From: Thermodesulfobacteriota bacterium
GTDB lineage: Bacteria; Desulfobacterota; Desulfarculia; JACQYL01
DNA: 64,000 nucleotides
Direction of reading: 5' to 3'
Assembly (NCBI GenBank): GCA_963675595.2
Contig: CAXXLZ010000002.1
Location: 4,608,001 to 4,672,000 of the forward strand
Shown here piece after piece: positions 19,174 to 28,419 of the stretch; positions within the stretch are counted from its first letter, which is position 1, and every line of letters begins with the position of its first letter. The position numbers and the translations under genes were made by a program. The notes beneath the pieces are model-generated. The model was not told the origin of the DNA, ran no database searches, and saw only the letters and a list, made by a program, of their open reading frames with translations.

Positions 19174-21102
19174 ATGCGACATACCGTCCTGGTGGTGGAC
19201 AACCACCGGATTATGCTGCAGTTCATGGCCAATTTACTAGAGCGCCAAGGTTGCAGGGTTCTCACGGCCGAGAACGGATTGGCGGCTCTGGATATCTTGG
19301 ACGTGGAGAAGCCGGACGTCATGTTCGTGGACTTGGTGATGCCCAACATCACCGGTCAGAAACTGTGCCGGATAATTCGGAAGATTCCTCAATTCAATGA
19401 TGTGTTCATTGTGGTGCTTTCCGCCATAGCTGCCGAAGAAACCCGTCACTTTTCGGAGTTCGGGGCCGATGCGTGCATAGCCAAAGGACCCTTCGATGTC
19501 ATGTCCGGACACGTGCTGCGCGTCCTCAAACGTCTTGAAATGCCCGCACCCAAAATCGTCGATAACGAGGTTGTAGGCTTGGACTCCGTTCATCCTCGTG
19601 AGATCACCAAGGAACTGCTGGCGGTGAATCGGCACTTCGAGGAAATCTTGGACCGCATGTGCGAGGGCATTCTGGAAATCAACGAGGAGGGTAGAATCAT
19701 CTATGCCAGTTCCGTTGCCGTCGCGTTGATCGGGTTACCCGAGGAGAAACTGCTGGGCGCCCGGTTTCTGGATCTGGTGAGAGAGCGGGACAGAGGTAAT
19801 GTATTGGAAGTTTTCATCAATCCCGGCGAGTCCGTTCGTACTCTGGGAGAAGACGAACCCGTTGAGGTGGCGGGAAAACCGGTAATCATCAAGACTCTTC
19901 CCATGGGATTTCAAGAGGGGCGCAGTGTCGCCATTCTCCATGACATGAGTGAGCGTAGACGGATAGAGGAACGGCTGCGTCGGGCCCAAAAAATGGAAGC
20001 CGTGGGAACGCTTGCAGCAGGCATCGCGCACGGTTTCAACAACCTCCTCACGGGGATTCAGGGAAACGCTTCTCTGATGTTGCTCAGCGTGGGGTCCGAC
20101 GATCCGAACTACGTCAGGCTGAAAAACATCGAGAATCAGGTGCAAAGAGCCGCCGGCATGGTGAACCAACTGCTGGGATACGCGAGAAAAGGGCGGTACG
20201 AAGTGCGACCTTTGGACCTGAATGCCGTCGTATCGGAGGTTATCACGACGTTTGCCGAGGATCACCCGGGAATCGAGGTTGAGTCGAAATTATCTCCGGA
20301 TCTGCTTCTCGTGGAAGCGGACAAAGACCAGCTGAAGCAGGTGTTGGTGAACCTTTGCAGCAACGCCTATCAAGCCATGCCCCAGGGGGGGAGAATCTCG
20401 GCGGAAACAAGAAACGTGGCACAGCAGGATATCGATTGCGTGGCGGAGGACGTCTGTGGCCGTGAATTCGTCCTCTTGACCTTTTCGGACACCGGCGCCG
20501 GCATGGATGACGAGACTCGTGAGCGTGTTTTCGACCCCTTCTTCACCACGCGGAAAATCGGGTGGGAAGCGGGCATCGGGCTGGCCTCCATTTATGGGAT
20601 CATTGCCGCGCACAAAGGCTTTGTGGAAGTGGATTCGGAACCCGGATCGGGTACCAGCTTCCGGGTTTATCTGCCCTCTTGCCGGGCCGCCCGGAAGGAG
20701 AGTTCAAGACGGGAGAAGCCCGCCGAAGGGACGGGCAGGATGCGGACGGTTCTTCTGGTGGATGACGACGAAGTGGTTCTGGATGTGGCGGGAGATATGC
20801 TCAAGGCCTTGGGGTACCGTGTACTCTGCGCGCGGGACGGCCTTGAGGCGGTGAATGTGTATTCTCGGGATCCCCGCGAAGTGGACCTTGTCATGATGGA
20901 CATGGTGATGCCCAATATGGGTGGAGGCGAGGCCTTCGATCGAATTCGCCGGATCGATCCCACGGCCAAGGTGCTTCTGTGCAGCGGATACAGCTCCGAA
21001 GGGGAAGCAACGGACATTTTGGCTCGGGGATGCAACGGCTTCATCCAGAAACCGTTTGATCTGGAGAAATTGTCGGGAACGATCAATCAGATTCTGGAAT
21101 AA
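19174..21102 (+). CDS. hybrid sensor histidine kinase (REC-PAS-HisKA-HATPase-REC)
   Basis: N-terminal REC (VDLVMP), PAS, QKMEAVGTLAAGIAHGFNN, NLCSNAYQAM, DTGAGM, FDPFFTT, C-terminal REC (MDMVMP, QKPF). Confidence 0.93.
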   Translation: MRHTVLVVDNHRIMLQFMANLLERQGCRVLTAENGLAALDILDVEKPDVMFVDLVMPNITGQKLCRIIRKIPQFNDVFIVVLSAIAAEETRHFSEFGADACIAKGPFDVMSGHVLRVLKRLEMPAPKIVDNEVVGLDSVHPREITKELLAVNRHFEEILDRMCEGILEINEEGRIIYASSVAVALIGLPEEKLLGARFLDLVRERDRGNVLEVFINPGESVRTLGEDEPVEVAGKPVIIKTLPMGFQEGRSVAILHDMSERRRIEERLRRAQKMEAVGTLAAGIAHGFNNLLTGIQGNASLMLLSVGSDDPNYVRLKNIENQVQRAAGMVNQLLGYARKGRYEVRPLDLNAVVSEVITTFAEDHPGIEVESKLSPDLLLVEADKDQLKQVLVNLCSNAYQAMPQGGRISAETRNVAQQDIDCVAEDVCGREFVLLTFSDTGAGMDDETRERVFDPFFTTRKIGWEAGIGLASIYGIIAAHKGFVEVDSEPGSGTSFRVYLPSCRAARKESSRREKPAEGTGRMRTVLLVDDDEVVLDVAGDMLKALGYRVLCARDGLEAVNVYSRDPREVDLVMMDMVMPNMGGGEAFDRIRRIDPTAKVLLCSGYSSEGEATDILARGCNGFIQKPFDLEKLSGTINQILE

Positions 21103-21199
21103 CACCAAGGGGGTGGAGTCACGGTCGAGACGAAACGGATCGTCGCAGGTTCGATCTTACGGATGCCCGAAGTTTCTATGAGCGTATGTCATTCCAGTC

Positions 21200-22153
21200 A
21201 TGACCGATGCCATGTTTGATGTCGATGTTCTTTGTGTCGGACACGCGTCCTACGACGTGTCCATGCTGCTTGACCACCATCCCGAACCCGACGAGAAATG
21301 CATCGCGGTTTCCTTGTTGGCCTGTGGAGGCGGACCCGCAGCCAATGCCGCCGTGACCGTGGCCAGACTCGGCGGAACCAGCGCGTTCATGGGATACCTT
21401 GGACTTGCAGGCTATGGCCGGTCGCACTTTGAGGAACTCATGAAAGAGGGCGTCCGCACGGATCTCATAGTGAGAGGAGATGCGGATATCCCGTTTTCGG
21501 TGATCCTGGCCAAAAAGAGCGGCGACCGGACCGTGGTGAACCATCGAAGTCGTACTCCGGTTCTGGCGAGGGATGCGGTCGACTTTTCCCTGTGTCGGCC
21601 TCGTGTCGTTCTGCTGGACGGGCATGAACCGGAGCTGTCCCTGGAGTTGGCGATTGAAGCCGGGGAACGAGGAATCCCCGTTGTGCTGGATGCCGGGTCG
21701 GTTCACGAGGGCACGCGCCGTCTCCTTTCCAAGGCAGGCGTTATCGCGGCGTCCGCTCGTTTCGCCGAGGACTTTACCGGCGAATCCGATCCGATGCGCG
21801 CTCTCGGAAACCTTGCAGCCATAAGTCCCCTGTGCGTGATCACATTGGGGCGGGAGGGGCTCGTCTATCGACGAGGAAATGAGAGCGGGCGAATCCCCGC
21901 CTTTCCCGTAGATGTGGTGGACACGACGGGAGCGGGAGATGCGTTTCATGGGGCATTTTCCCTGAGTATCGCCCGAGGGGAACCTGTCCGGAGGGCCCTC
22001 CTGAAGGCGAACGCCGTTGGCGCGCTTTGCTGCACCAAACTCGGTGCCCGTCCGGGAATCCCCCATCGTGAGGAGGTGGAGCGTTTTCTTCGCGAAAGGA
22101 GGGATTCGATCCCATCGTCCGAAGATTCCATGGACGATCCATTGACCGAGTAG
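21200..22153 (+). CDS. PfkB family carbohydrate kinase
   Basis: GGPAANAAV..ARLG, VLDAG, ITLGREG, VDTTGAGDAFHG. Confidence 0.92.
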   Translation: MTDAMFDVDVLCVGHASYDVSMLLDHHPEPDEKCIAVSLLACGGGPAANAAVTVARLGGTSAFMGYLGLAGYGRSHFEELMKEGVRTDLIVRGDADIPFSVILAKKSGDRTVVNHRSRTPVLARDAVDFSLCRPRVVLLDGHEPELSLELAIEAGERGIPVVLDAGSVHEGTRRLLSKAGVIAASARFAEDFTGESDPMRALGNLAAISPLCVITLGREGLVYRRGNESGRIPAFPVDVVDTTGAGDAFHGAFSLSIARGEPVRRALLKANAVGALCCTKLGARPGIPHREEVERFLRERRDSIPSSEDSMDDPLTE

Positions 22154-22206
22154 GGTTTTTTGTCGCGTAGTATGGGAAAAACACTTTTTGAGGTAAGGAG
22201 TTCGAA

Positions 22207-22530
22207 ATGTCCGATAGGCCCCTGCCCAAATGGTTTGAAACGGTCAAGTCTCGTCACCCGAAAGTGATTCAGGCGGTGGACGCTTTAGGGGAAGCCGTTC
22301 GTGCCGAAGGTCCTTTGGATGAGAAGACGGTCGAGTTGATTCAGCTTGCCGCAGCCGCCGTGCTTCGTTCCGAAGGCGCGGTCCACAGTCACGCTCGAAG
22401 GGCTTTGGAGGCGGGTGCGACCATGGACGAAGTCCGCCATGCCCTGATCCTGCTTACGGGTACCATCGGGTTTCCCACGGTTTCCGCGGCGCTGAGCTGG
22501 ATCGAAGACGTGGCTAAGAAGACCCGATGA
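22207..22530 (+). CDS. carboxymuconolactone decarboxylase (CMD) family protein
   Basis: GPLDEKT.ELI.LAAA, SEGAVHSHARRALEAGAT, TIGFP. Confidence 0.88.
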   Translation: MSDRPLPKWFETVKSRHPKVIQAVDALGEAVRAEGPLDEKTVELIQLAAAAVLRSEGAVHSHARRALEAGATMDEVRHALILLTGTIGFPTVSAALSWIEDVAKKTR

Positions 22531-22581
22531 AGATTCCGCGTTTCCCCAACGCACCCTCAATTGAAGTGAGTCGATCGATCC

Positions 22582-24387
22582 GTGCCGCCTGAGTTCAGTC
22601 TCGATATGGCTCTAGTCCTGGGCCTGATCGCCGTCGCGGTTTTCCTGTTTGTGGTGGAATGGGTCCGCGTCGACGTGGTGGCCGTCCTCATGATGGTTTC
22701 GTTACCATTGCTGGGGTTGGTGACCCCGTCGGAGGCCTTCAGAGGCCTGAGCAGCAATGCGGTGGTTTCGATTTTGGCGGTCATCATTATCGGCGAAGGG
22801 CTCGACAAAACGGGACTGGTCAACCGCCTGGCGGCGCCCATTGTCCGTCTCGGTCGAGGAAAGCCGTCTCGTATCACCATCTTGGTATCCGCCACCGTCG
22901 CCGTGATCTCCAGCTTCATGCAGAACATCGGCGCGGCGGCGCTCTTCCTTCCGGCGCTCCAGCGCATCAGCGAACGTTTGAGCGTTCCTCTGTCACGTCT
23001 CCTCATGCCGGTAGGCTTCTCCGCTATTTTGGGCGGTACCGTTACCCTGGTGGGCTCCAGCCCGTTGATCCTCCTCAACGACCTCGTCCGCCCCTTCGGC
23101 ATCGAACCCTTCACCTTGTTCGAAGTCACCCCCGTGGGGCTGGTTCTAGTGGCTGCCGGGATTCTGTACTTCGTTCTTTTAGGCGGTTACGTGCTTCCCG
23201 ATACTCGAGGCGAGGGTGTCGCCGATGAGCCGGGCATTCGAAAATCGGCGCACATGTACTGCCAGATGGGCAAGCTGTTCGAACTCAAAGTCGGTGAGAG
23301 CAGGGTGTCGCCCCTGGCGGTTTCCTCGTTGTCGGAACGCCATCCCGTTTCCGTACTGGGAGTTTCCAAGACCACGGATCGAGTGATAGCATCGTCCCCG
23401 CAGGCCGAGGTGTTGCGGCCCGGAGATGAGCTGGTGGTGCACGGTCTGGCTGAAGACGTCTACCGTATGGCCGAGGAATACCTGATGGAGGTGAAGGAAA
23501 GCCTCGAACGGTTCGGAGGCGATTTGTGCCCCGACGTTCCCGGGACGGCCGAGGCCGTAATCCCCCCCAATTCCCTCATGGTGGGAAAAACTTTGGGGGA
23601 TATGAACTTCCGTGAGAGATACGGCGTGCGTCCCATCGCGCTGCACCGCGGCGAGAAGGTTTTCTACTCGGGGGTCAGCCGAATGTCGCTGCGGGAAGGG
23701 GACGTGCTGGTGCTTGACGGTTCTTGGGAGCGTCTGCACATCCTTCAGAAACAGGAAAAGCTGATTTTCAACACACCCCTGACTGCCGCCGGAGGAGATC
23801 GGAAGAAGGCGTTACTCGCGGGTTTCTGGTTCTTTGCGGCGCTGTTCCTGGTCATCGTGCTTCACGTTCAGCTCTCCGTCAGCCTCATGACCGGCGCTTT
23901 GGGCATGGTGGTTACACGGGTGCTTTCCATGGACGAAGCCTACCGCAGCGTGGATTGGAGGACCGTGTTCCTGCTCGGAGGATTGATCCCCTTGAGCACG
24001 GCCTGTGAGAAGAGCGGTGCGGCGGCCTGGATTGCGCATCAGTCCCTCACCGTTATGGGCGATGTTGCTCCCGTAGTGTTTCTCACTCTGACGGCGGTAC
24101 TCACAACCGCCTTCTCATTGGTGATCTCCAACGTAGGGGCCACGGTGCTGCTCGTGCCCCTGATCATAAACGTGGCCGCTCAGGCGGGTGCGGACCCCCG
24201 TACGGCGGCGTTGGTGGTGGGCCTTGCAGCCTCCAATTCCTTTACCCTCCCGACCCATCAGGTCAATGCTCTCTACATGAGCGCCGGACGGTATCGCAGT
24301 ATCGACTTCCTTCGAGCGGGCAGCATCATGACGGTGATTTTCATCGTCGTACTCATCGGCGCCATGACCCTGTTTTTCGGGGCGTGA
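22582..24387 (+). CDS. SLC13/DASS family anion permease with two TrkA-C domains (possible sulfate/dicarboxylate transporter)
   Basis: Multiple TM helices; SSFMQNIGA, GGTVTLVGS, central RCK_C segments, ISNVGAT, ASNSFTLPTHQVN. Confidence 0.88.
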   Translation: MPPEFSLDMALVLGLIAVAVFLFVVEWVRVDVVAVLMMVSLPLLGLVTPSEAFRGLSSNAVVSILAVIIIGEGLDKTGLVNRLAAPIVRLGRGKPSRITILVSATVAVISSFMQNIGAAALFLPALQRISERLSVPLSRLLMPVGFSAILGGTVTLVGSSPLILLNDLVRPFGIEPFTLFEVTPVGLVLVAAGILYFVLLGGYVLPDTRGEGVADEPGIRKSAHMYCQMGKLFELKVGESRVSPLAVSSLSERHPVSVLGVSKTTDRVIASSPQAEVLRPGDELVVHGLAEDVYRMAEEYLMEVKESLERFGGDLCPDVPGTAEAVIPPNSLMVGKTLGDMNFRERYGVRPIALHRGEKVFYSGVSRMSLREGDVLVLDGSWERLHILQKQEKLIFNTPLTAAGGDRKKALLAGFWFFAALFLVIVLHVQLSVSLMTGALGMVVTRVLSMDEAYRSVDWRTVFLLGGLIPLSTACEKSGAAAWIAHQSLTVMGDVAPVVFLTLTAVLTTAFSLVISNVGATVLLVPLIINVAAQAGADPRTAALVVGLAASNSFTLPTHQVNALYMSAGRYRSIDFLRAGSIMTVIFIVVLIGAMTLFFGA

Positions 24388-24469
24388 GGAGAGGGGAAAC
24401 CGGCGTTTCGTATCCGCCCCCCTTGTCGGAAAACAAACCGTCGCAGGTGAGGTTGCCGTCCGAAACGCC

Positions 24470-25114
24470 TCACAGTCTCCAGACGAAGATGTCCTCCGCG
24501 ATCTCCTTATCCATGGCCAGTTCCGTGTTTTCAAATCGGATGATCAGGGCCGGGTAGGTCTGGTGCACTTCAATGATGGTGCCCGGATTCACGCCGAAAG
24601 AAGAGAGGCGATGCAGGCGGTTGTGGCTCTTGGGCTTGATATAGGCGATCTTTGCCTTGTCGCCGCTTTTCAACTTCAACAGGCCGACAACGGTCTTGTC
24701 CACTACTTCCTTGGATTGGCGGCAGCATTCCCCGGGTGGGATGGGAAGTCCGTGCGGGCAATGAGTGGGGTGTCCCAATAGTATACAAATGCTTTCTTCC
24801 ATTTCCGGAATGAGGAAGTGCTCCATTTCGCAACCGATCTTTTCCGCCTCCTCCGGGTTAACGTCCAGAGCGTACCTCACGAGGACCTCTCCCAGCCGAT
24901 GGCGGCGTACGATCTTGCGCGCTTCCCGTTGGCCTTTGGACGTCAACAGAACCGAATCGTCGTCGAAGGTGATGTATCCTTCGGCTTCGAGCTCCTTCAG
25001 AATCTCTTCGGTCAACTCAACGTGGCAGATACTGCGCATCTTGGAGCGAGCGGGGTTCCCTTCTTCACGGACCATCCACGCAGCTTCGAGCGCTTCTTCC
25101 AATTCACGCTTCAT
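24470..25114 (-). CDS. DtxR/IdeR-family metal-dependent regulator with C-terminal FeoA domain
   Basis: LT.KG..EA..IVRRHRL.E, GCEMEH, LGHPTHCPHG.PIP, FeoA-like RLSSFGVNPG; start at ATG 25114. Confidence 0.85.
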   Translation of the reverse strand: MKRELEEALEAAWMVREEGNPARSKMRSICHVELTEEILKELEAEGYITFDDDSVLLTSKGQREARKIVRRHRLGEVLVRYALDVNPEEAEKIGCEMEHFLIPEMEESICILLGHPTHCPHGLPIPPGECCRQSKEVVDKTVVGLLKLKSGDKAKIAYIKPKSHNRLHRLSSFGVNPGTIIEVHQTYPALIIRFENTELAMDKEIAEDIFVWRL

Positions 25115-25119
25115 GTGTA

Positions 25120-27093
25120 TTACCCGCCGAACCGGATCTGAAAGACCCTGAATAAATAGTTCAATATGATTCCGACCACGAGAGCATAAGGGGTCACAAA
25201 CAGAAGCATCCAAGTGGCCGTTTTGAACCCGTGCTCTTTGTAGGTTACCACCAAAGCGTTGACGCAGGGAACGAGAAAGGTACAGATCAGCAAGAGCAAT
25301 ACGGTCTGGACGTCGCTGAACAACCCACGGTCGAACAACTCCTTAAGCATTGCGGCGCCCGCTTCTCGCCGAATCATAGTGGACAGCACCACACGAATAC
25401 TCTCGGGAGGCAGATCGAGAAAAGTCTCCAGAAAAGGCTTGCCGAGGTACTCTAAAAACCGCAGGAAGCCCAACTCGTTGAGCACGAAAAGAACAAAGGT
25501 GGCCAGAATGAAAACCGGAATCGCTTCTGCGGTGAAATGAGTAATCCGTTGCGTGGTTTTGACCAGAATGCTCCGCATTCTTGGAATACGCAACGGCGGA
25601 ATTTCCATGAAGAACGTGGATCGTTCACCCGGCAGCAATCGTTCCGCCGCGAGACCGGCGAGGAACATCTGGAGAAAGATCACTCCGAAAACGACGGCAT
25701 AGGCCTTCCAGTTCAAATGGGCCAGCACCACCAACATCACGCTCAGCAACGGAGCGCAGGGCATGCCCAGCAGAAGCAGGAGCGTGGCGATGATCCGCTC
25801 CTTCTTCGTTTCCAACACCCGGGTCGTCAAAATGGCCATGGTCACGCACGAAAAGCCCATGACGATGGGAAGAATGCCTTTGCCTGAGAGCCCCATCTTT
25901 TTCAGCAGGCGCCCGAAAAGAACGGACAGCCTTGCCAGGTATCCCGAATCCTCGATAATCCCAAAGGTGAAGAAGAACATGAAAAGGACGGGGGCCACCA
26001 CTCCCAAGGCGAGGTTCAACGCCACGCTCACCAATCCGAATTCCCCGACCATGAACCGCTGAAATAGGGGAAATGAAATCTTCCCGGAAATGGAGGCCAC
26101 CGTCGGGATGATGATTTGTCCGAATAGACGATCTTCCATCAAACCGACAAGAAATCGGGCACCGAAGTCTCCCACGACGAGGTACATGAGGGCGAGGACC
26201 AGCACGGCTATGGGAATGCCGGTGGTCAGGTTACGAGACCAGCAGCCGAGCTTTTCCGAAAAGGGAATATGCTTGGGCGGAGAGAGAGTCTGAACCTCCT
26301 CTGCGATCCTTTGGGCCGCTCGAGTATATGTTTCGTGAAGGAGGACTTCCGGCCGATGGTAGAATTGCCCCCTCGTGGTTTCAATGAGTGACAGCACCCG
26401 GCGGTGTGTCTCCGGGTCCAGGGTCTTAGACAGAAAGCTGAGCGCTCCCGGATCCAGGGTCAACGCCTGCAAACCGATTGCCCGCCCCGGGAGGTCCCTA
26501 TCGGAGACCAGCTTTCGGAATTCGGTTAGGAACCTTTCGATCTTGTCCGGAAGCTTCACGCCCTGTATAGGCTTACGCGCATCCGGGAGGACCCTTCTCA
26601 GACTGCGAAGGCCGATGCCCTCCACCGCGACGGAGGAGTTAACCGGTATGCCCAGTATCCCGGAAAGTCGGGATACGTCGATGGAGATTCCAAGCTGGCG
26701 CGCCTCGTCCGTCATATTCAGATCGAGCACCGCCGGAAGATCATATTCGGTGAACTGGAGGAGGAGGGAAAGGGATCTGCTCAAGTTCTTGGCGTCTCCG
26801 ACGAAGAGCAGGGATTCGGGATGAGCGTTCAGGATGCTGTCCCGGGCAATGGATTCGTCCTCGCTCAAGGTAAACACGCTGTGGACTCCGGGAGTGTCCA
26901 TAAGCGTGAAATCCGTGCCGGTGATTCGGGAAGCCTTGAATACCACGGGGGCGCCGGCGAAACTGATGTTGCCGTGTTTGCCTCGGCACAAACGCTCGAA
27001 AATCGATGACTTGCCTACGTTCAGGTTCCCGAGGAGAACGATGAGATGTTCGGGAGACTTGTCCGTGGCTGGATTTTGTTTCTGGATGCCCAT
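25120..27093 (-). CDS. feoB: ferrous iron transporter FeoB
   Basis: GNLNVGKS (G1), DTPG (G3), NMTD (G4), EDSGYLAR, MGFSC, FFMEIPPLR, LVPC. Confidence 0.92.
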   Translation of the reverse strand: MGIQKQNPATDKSPEHLIVLLGNLNVGKSSIFERLCRGKHGNISFAGAPVVFKASRITGTDFTLMDTPGVHSVFTLSEDESIARDSILNAHPESLLFVGDAKNLSRSLSLLLQFTEYDLPAVLDLNMTDEARQLGISIDVSRLSGILGIPVNSSVAVEGIGLRSLRRVLPDARKPIQGVKLPDKIERFLTEFRKLVSDRDLPGRAIGLQALTLDPGALSFLSKTLDPETHRRVLSLIETTRGQFYHRPEVLLHETYTRAAQRIAEEVQTLSPPKHIPFSEKLGCWSRNLTTGIPIAVLVLALMYLVVGDFGARFLVGLMEDRLFGQIIIPTVASISGKISFPLFQRFMVGEFGLVSVALNLALGVVAPVLFMFFFTFGIIEDSGYLARLSVLFGRLLKKMGLSGKGILPIVMGFSCVTMAILTTRVLETKKERIIATLLLLLGMPCAPLLSVMLVVLAHLNWKAYAVVFGVIFLQMFLAGLAAERLLPGERSTFFMEIPPLRIPRMRSILVKTTQRITHFTAEAIPVFILATFVLFVLNELGFLRFLEYLGKPFLETFLDLPPESIRVVLSTMIRREAGAAMLKELFDRGLFSDVQTVLLLLICTFLVPCVNALVVTYKEHGFKTATWMLLFVTPYALVVGIILNYLFRVFQIRFGG

Positions 27094-27137
27094 GTTGTCC
27101 GGAAGAATGGAAAGGAACCCGACAAGGCCCTGCGGCT

Positions 27138-27524
27138 TCAGATGAGTCCGACCACTTTGTACTCAAGGGCCGAGAGAGACGCCCCTCGGGTCAGGATTGA
27201 GATGCGGACAAATCCCTTTTCTCCGGGGTCGAGCCGAAGGGGAGGTTTGATGATCGCGTACACCCGATTGACTACGTTTCCGTCCGCTCCTCGGGCCAGA
27301 AGGAAAACCATTACGTTCTCGACACTCACATCCGTTCGGTTTTCGATGCCGGCCTTGACGAAAAGCAGACCGGTGGCGTCTTGGCGGACGCGAACGTCCG
27401 TGAGGCGGAAACCGGTGTATTCGGATTCACGTACAACGATTTCCGCAGCGTAGCAAAGGGATGTCGACGCGAGGATTATCGCGGTCAGAAAACACAGAAT
27501 GGAATTTCGGCCTCTATAGTTCAT
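27138..27524 (-). CDS. exported hypothetical protein (Ig-like, FxLYD-like beta domain)
   Basis: Signal-peptide-like N-terminus; beta-rich G.IENRT..SV.NV.V, DGNVV, L.PGEK pattern; same strand upstream of feoB. Confidence 0.6.
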   Translation of the reverse strand: MNYRGRNSILCFLTAIILASTSLCYAAEIVVRESEYTGFRLTDVRVRQDATGLLFVKAGIENRTDVSVENVMVFLLARGADGNVVNRVYAIIKPPLRLDPGEKGFVRISILTRGASLSALEYKVVGLI

Positions 27525-27728
27525 TCATTCGCCCACAACGCGCCGGCAAGACATCCGGGCGTTAGTACAGATTATCGTCTGAACGCATGGCCCTCCGATA
27601 GAGTCACAACACGAAATGACTTCTTGAATCGGAAAGAAAGGCCGCCGACGGGGCGACCGGAGATAAGCACCGATACATTCTATTCTTTTAGGTCTTGATT
27701 TCAAACGCTTTTTTCCCATGGAAAAGGG

Positions 27729-28328
27729 TCAGTCATCCAGGAGAAAATCCGTGATATACGGATTGGTGCGGCATTGCCGGGCTAACGTGGTTTGGGGCTC
27801 GTCTCCGTAGTCGTGACCGGGCCAGATGACGGTTTCAGGCGGCAACGGAAGCACTTTGGTTCGAATGGATTGGAGTAAGGTTCCGAAGTCTCCGCCCGGA
27901 AGGTCCGTGCGACCCACCGCATCGACGAAAATGGTGTCGCCGGTGAAAAGATTGCCGTCCACGTAGAGGCAGATGGCTCCCGGCGTATGGCCCGGAGTAT
28001 GAATCACCCGGATTTTCAGCGAGCCCAGGACCAACTCGTCGCCGTCGTCCACCAGCAGATCGGCGCCGGGCGCCATGAAAGCGTCCGCCCTGTGCAGGAC
28101 CACTTTGGCACCCGTCGCCTGCTGGAGCGGCCAGTTGCCACAGGTGTGGTCCCCGTGGCCGTGAGTGTTGACGATATATTCCAATGTAAGGTCGTGCTCT
28201 TGAAGAAGGTTCAGAAGGCGTTGAGTATTCCCGGCGGGATCCACATAAAGGGCCTTGCGGGTTTGTTCACACCCAATGAGGTAGCAGAACACGTCCATAC
28301 TTCCAACGATAAGCTGTTCTATGATCAT
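27729..28328 (-). CDS. MBL-fold metallo-hydrolase (glyoxalase II-like)
   Basis: THGHGDH, HTPGHTPG, FTGDT, GRTDLPGG, WPGHDYG; start at ATG 28328. Confidence 0.92.
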   Translation of the reverse strand: MIIEQLIVGSMDVFCYLIGCEQTRKALYVDPAGNTQRLLNLLQEHDLTLEYIVNTHGHGDHTCGNWPLQQATGAKVVLHRADAFMAPGADLLVDDGDELVLGSLKIRVIHTPGHTPGAICLYVDGNLFTGDTIFVDAVGRTDLPGGDFGTLLQSIRTKVLPLPPETVIWPGHDYGDEPQTTLARQCRTNPYITDFLLDD

Positions 28329-28419
28329 GGCGCCCCCCTTCTTGCGCTCGCGGATGTCGCTTGAAGCCTCGAACCCGCGCTTCCCCTCTACTGAAGAGTA
28401 TCGATTCGGAATTGGTTCG

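Noticed and set aside
21142-21160. GTCGCAGGTTCGATC, tRNA T-arm-like
   Set aside because: T-stem does not pair and no acceptor, D or anticodon arms are present.
27680-27710. TTTAGG...TTGATTTCAA upstream of the feoB operon as a DtxR or Fur box
   Set aside because: Only a half-site-level match; no convincing 19-bp palindrome.
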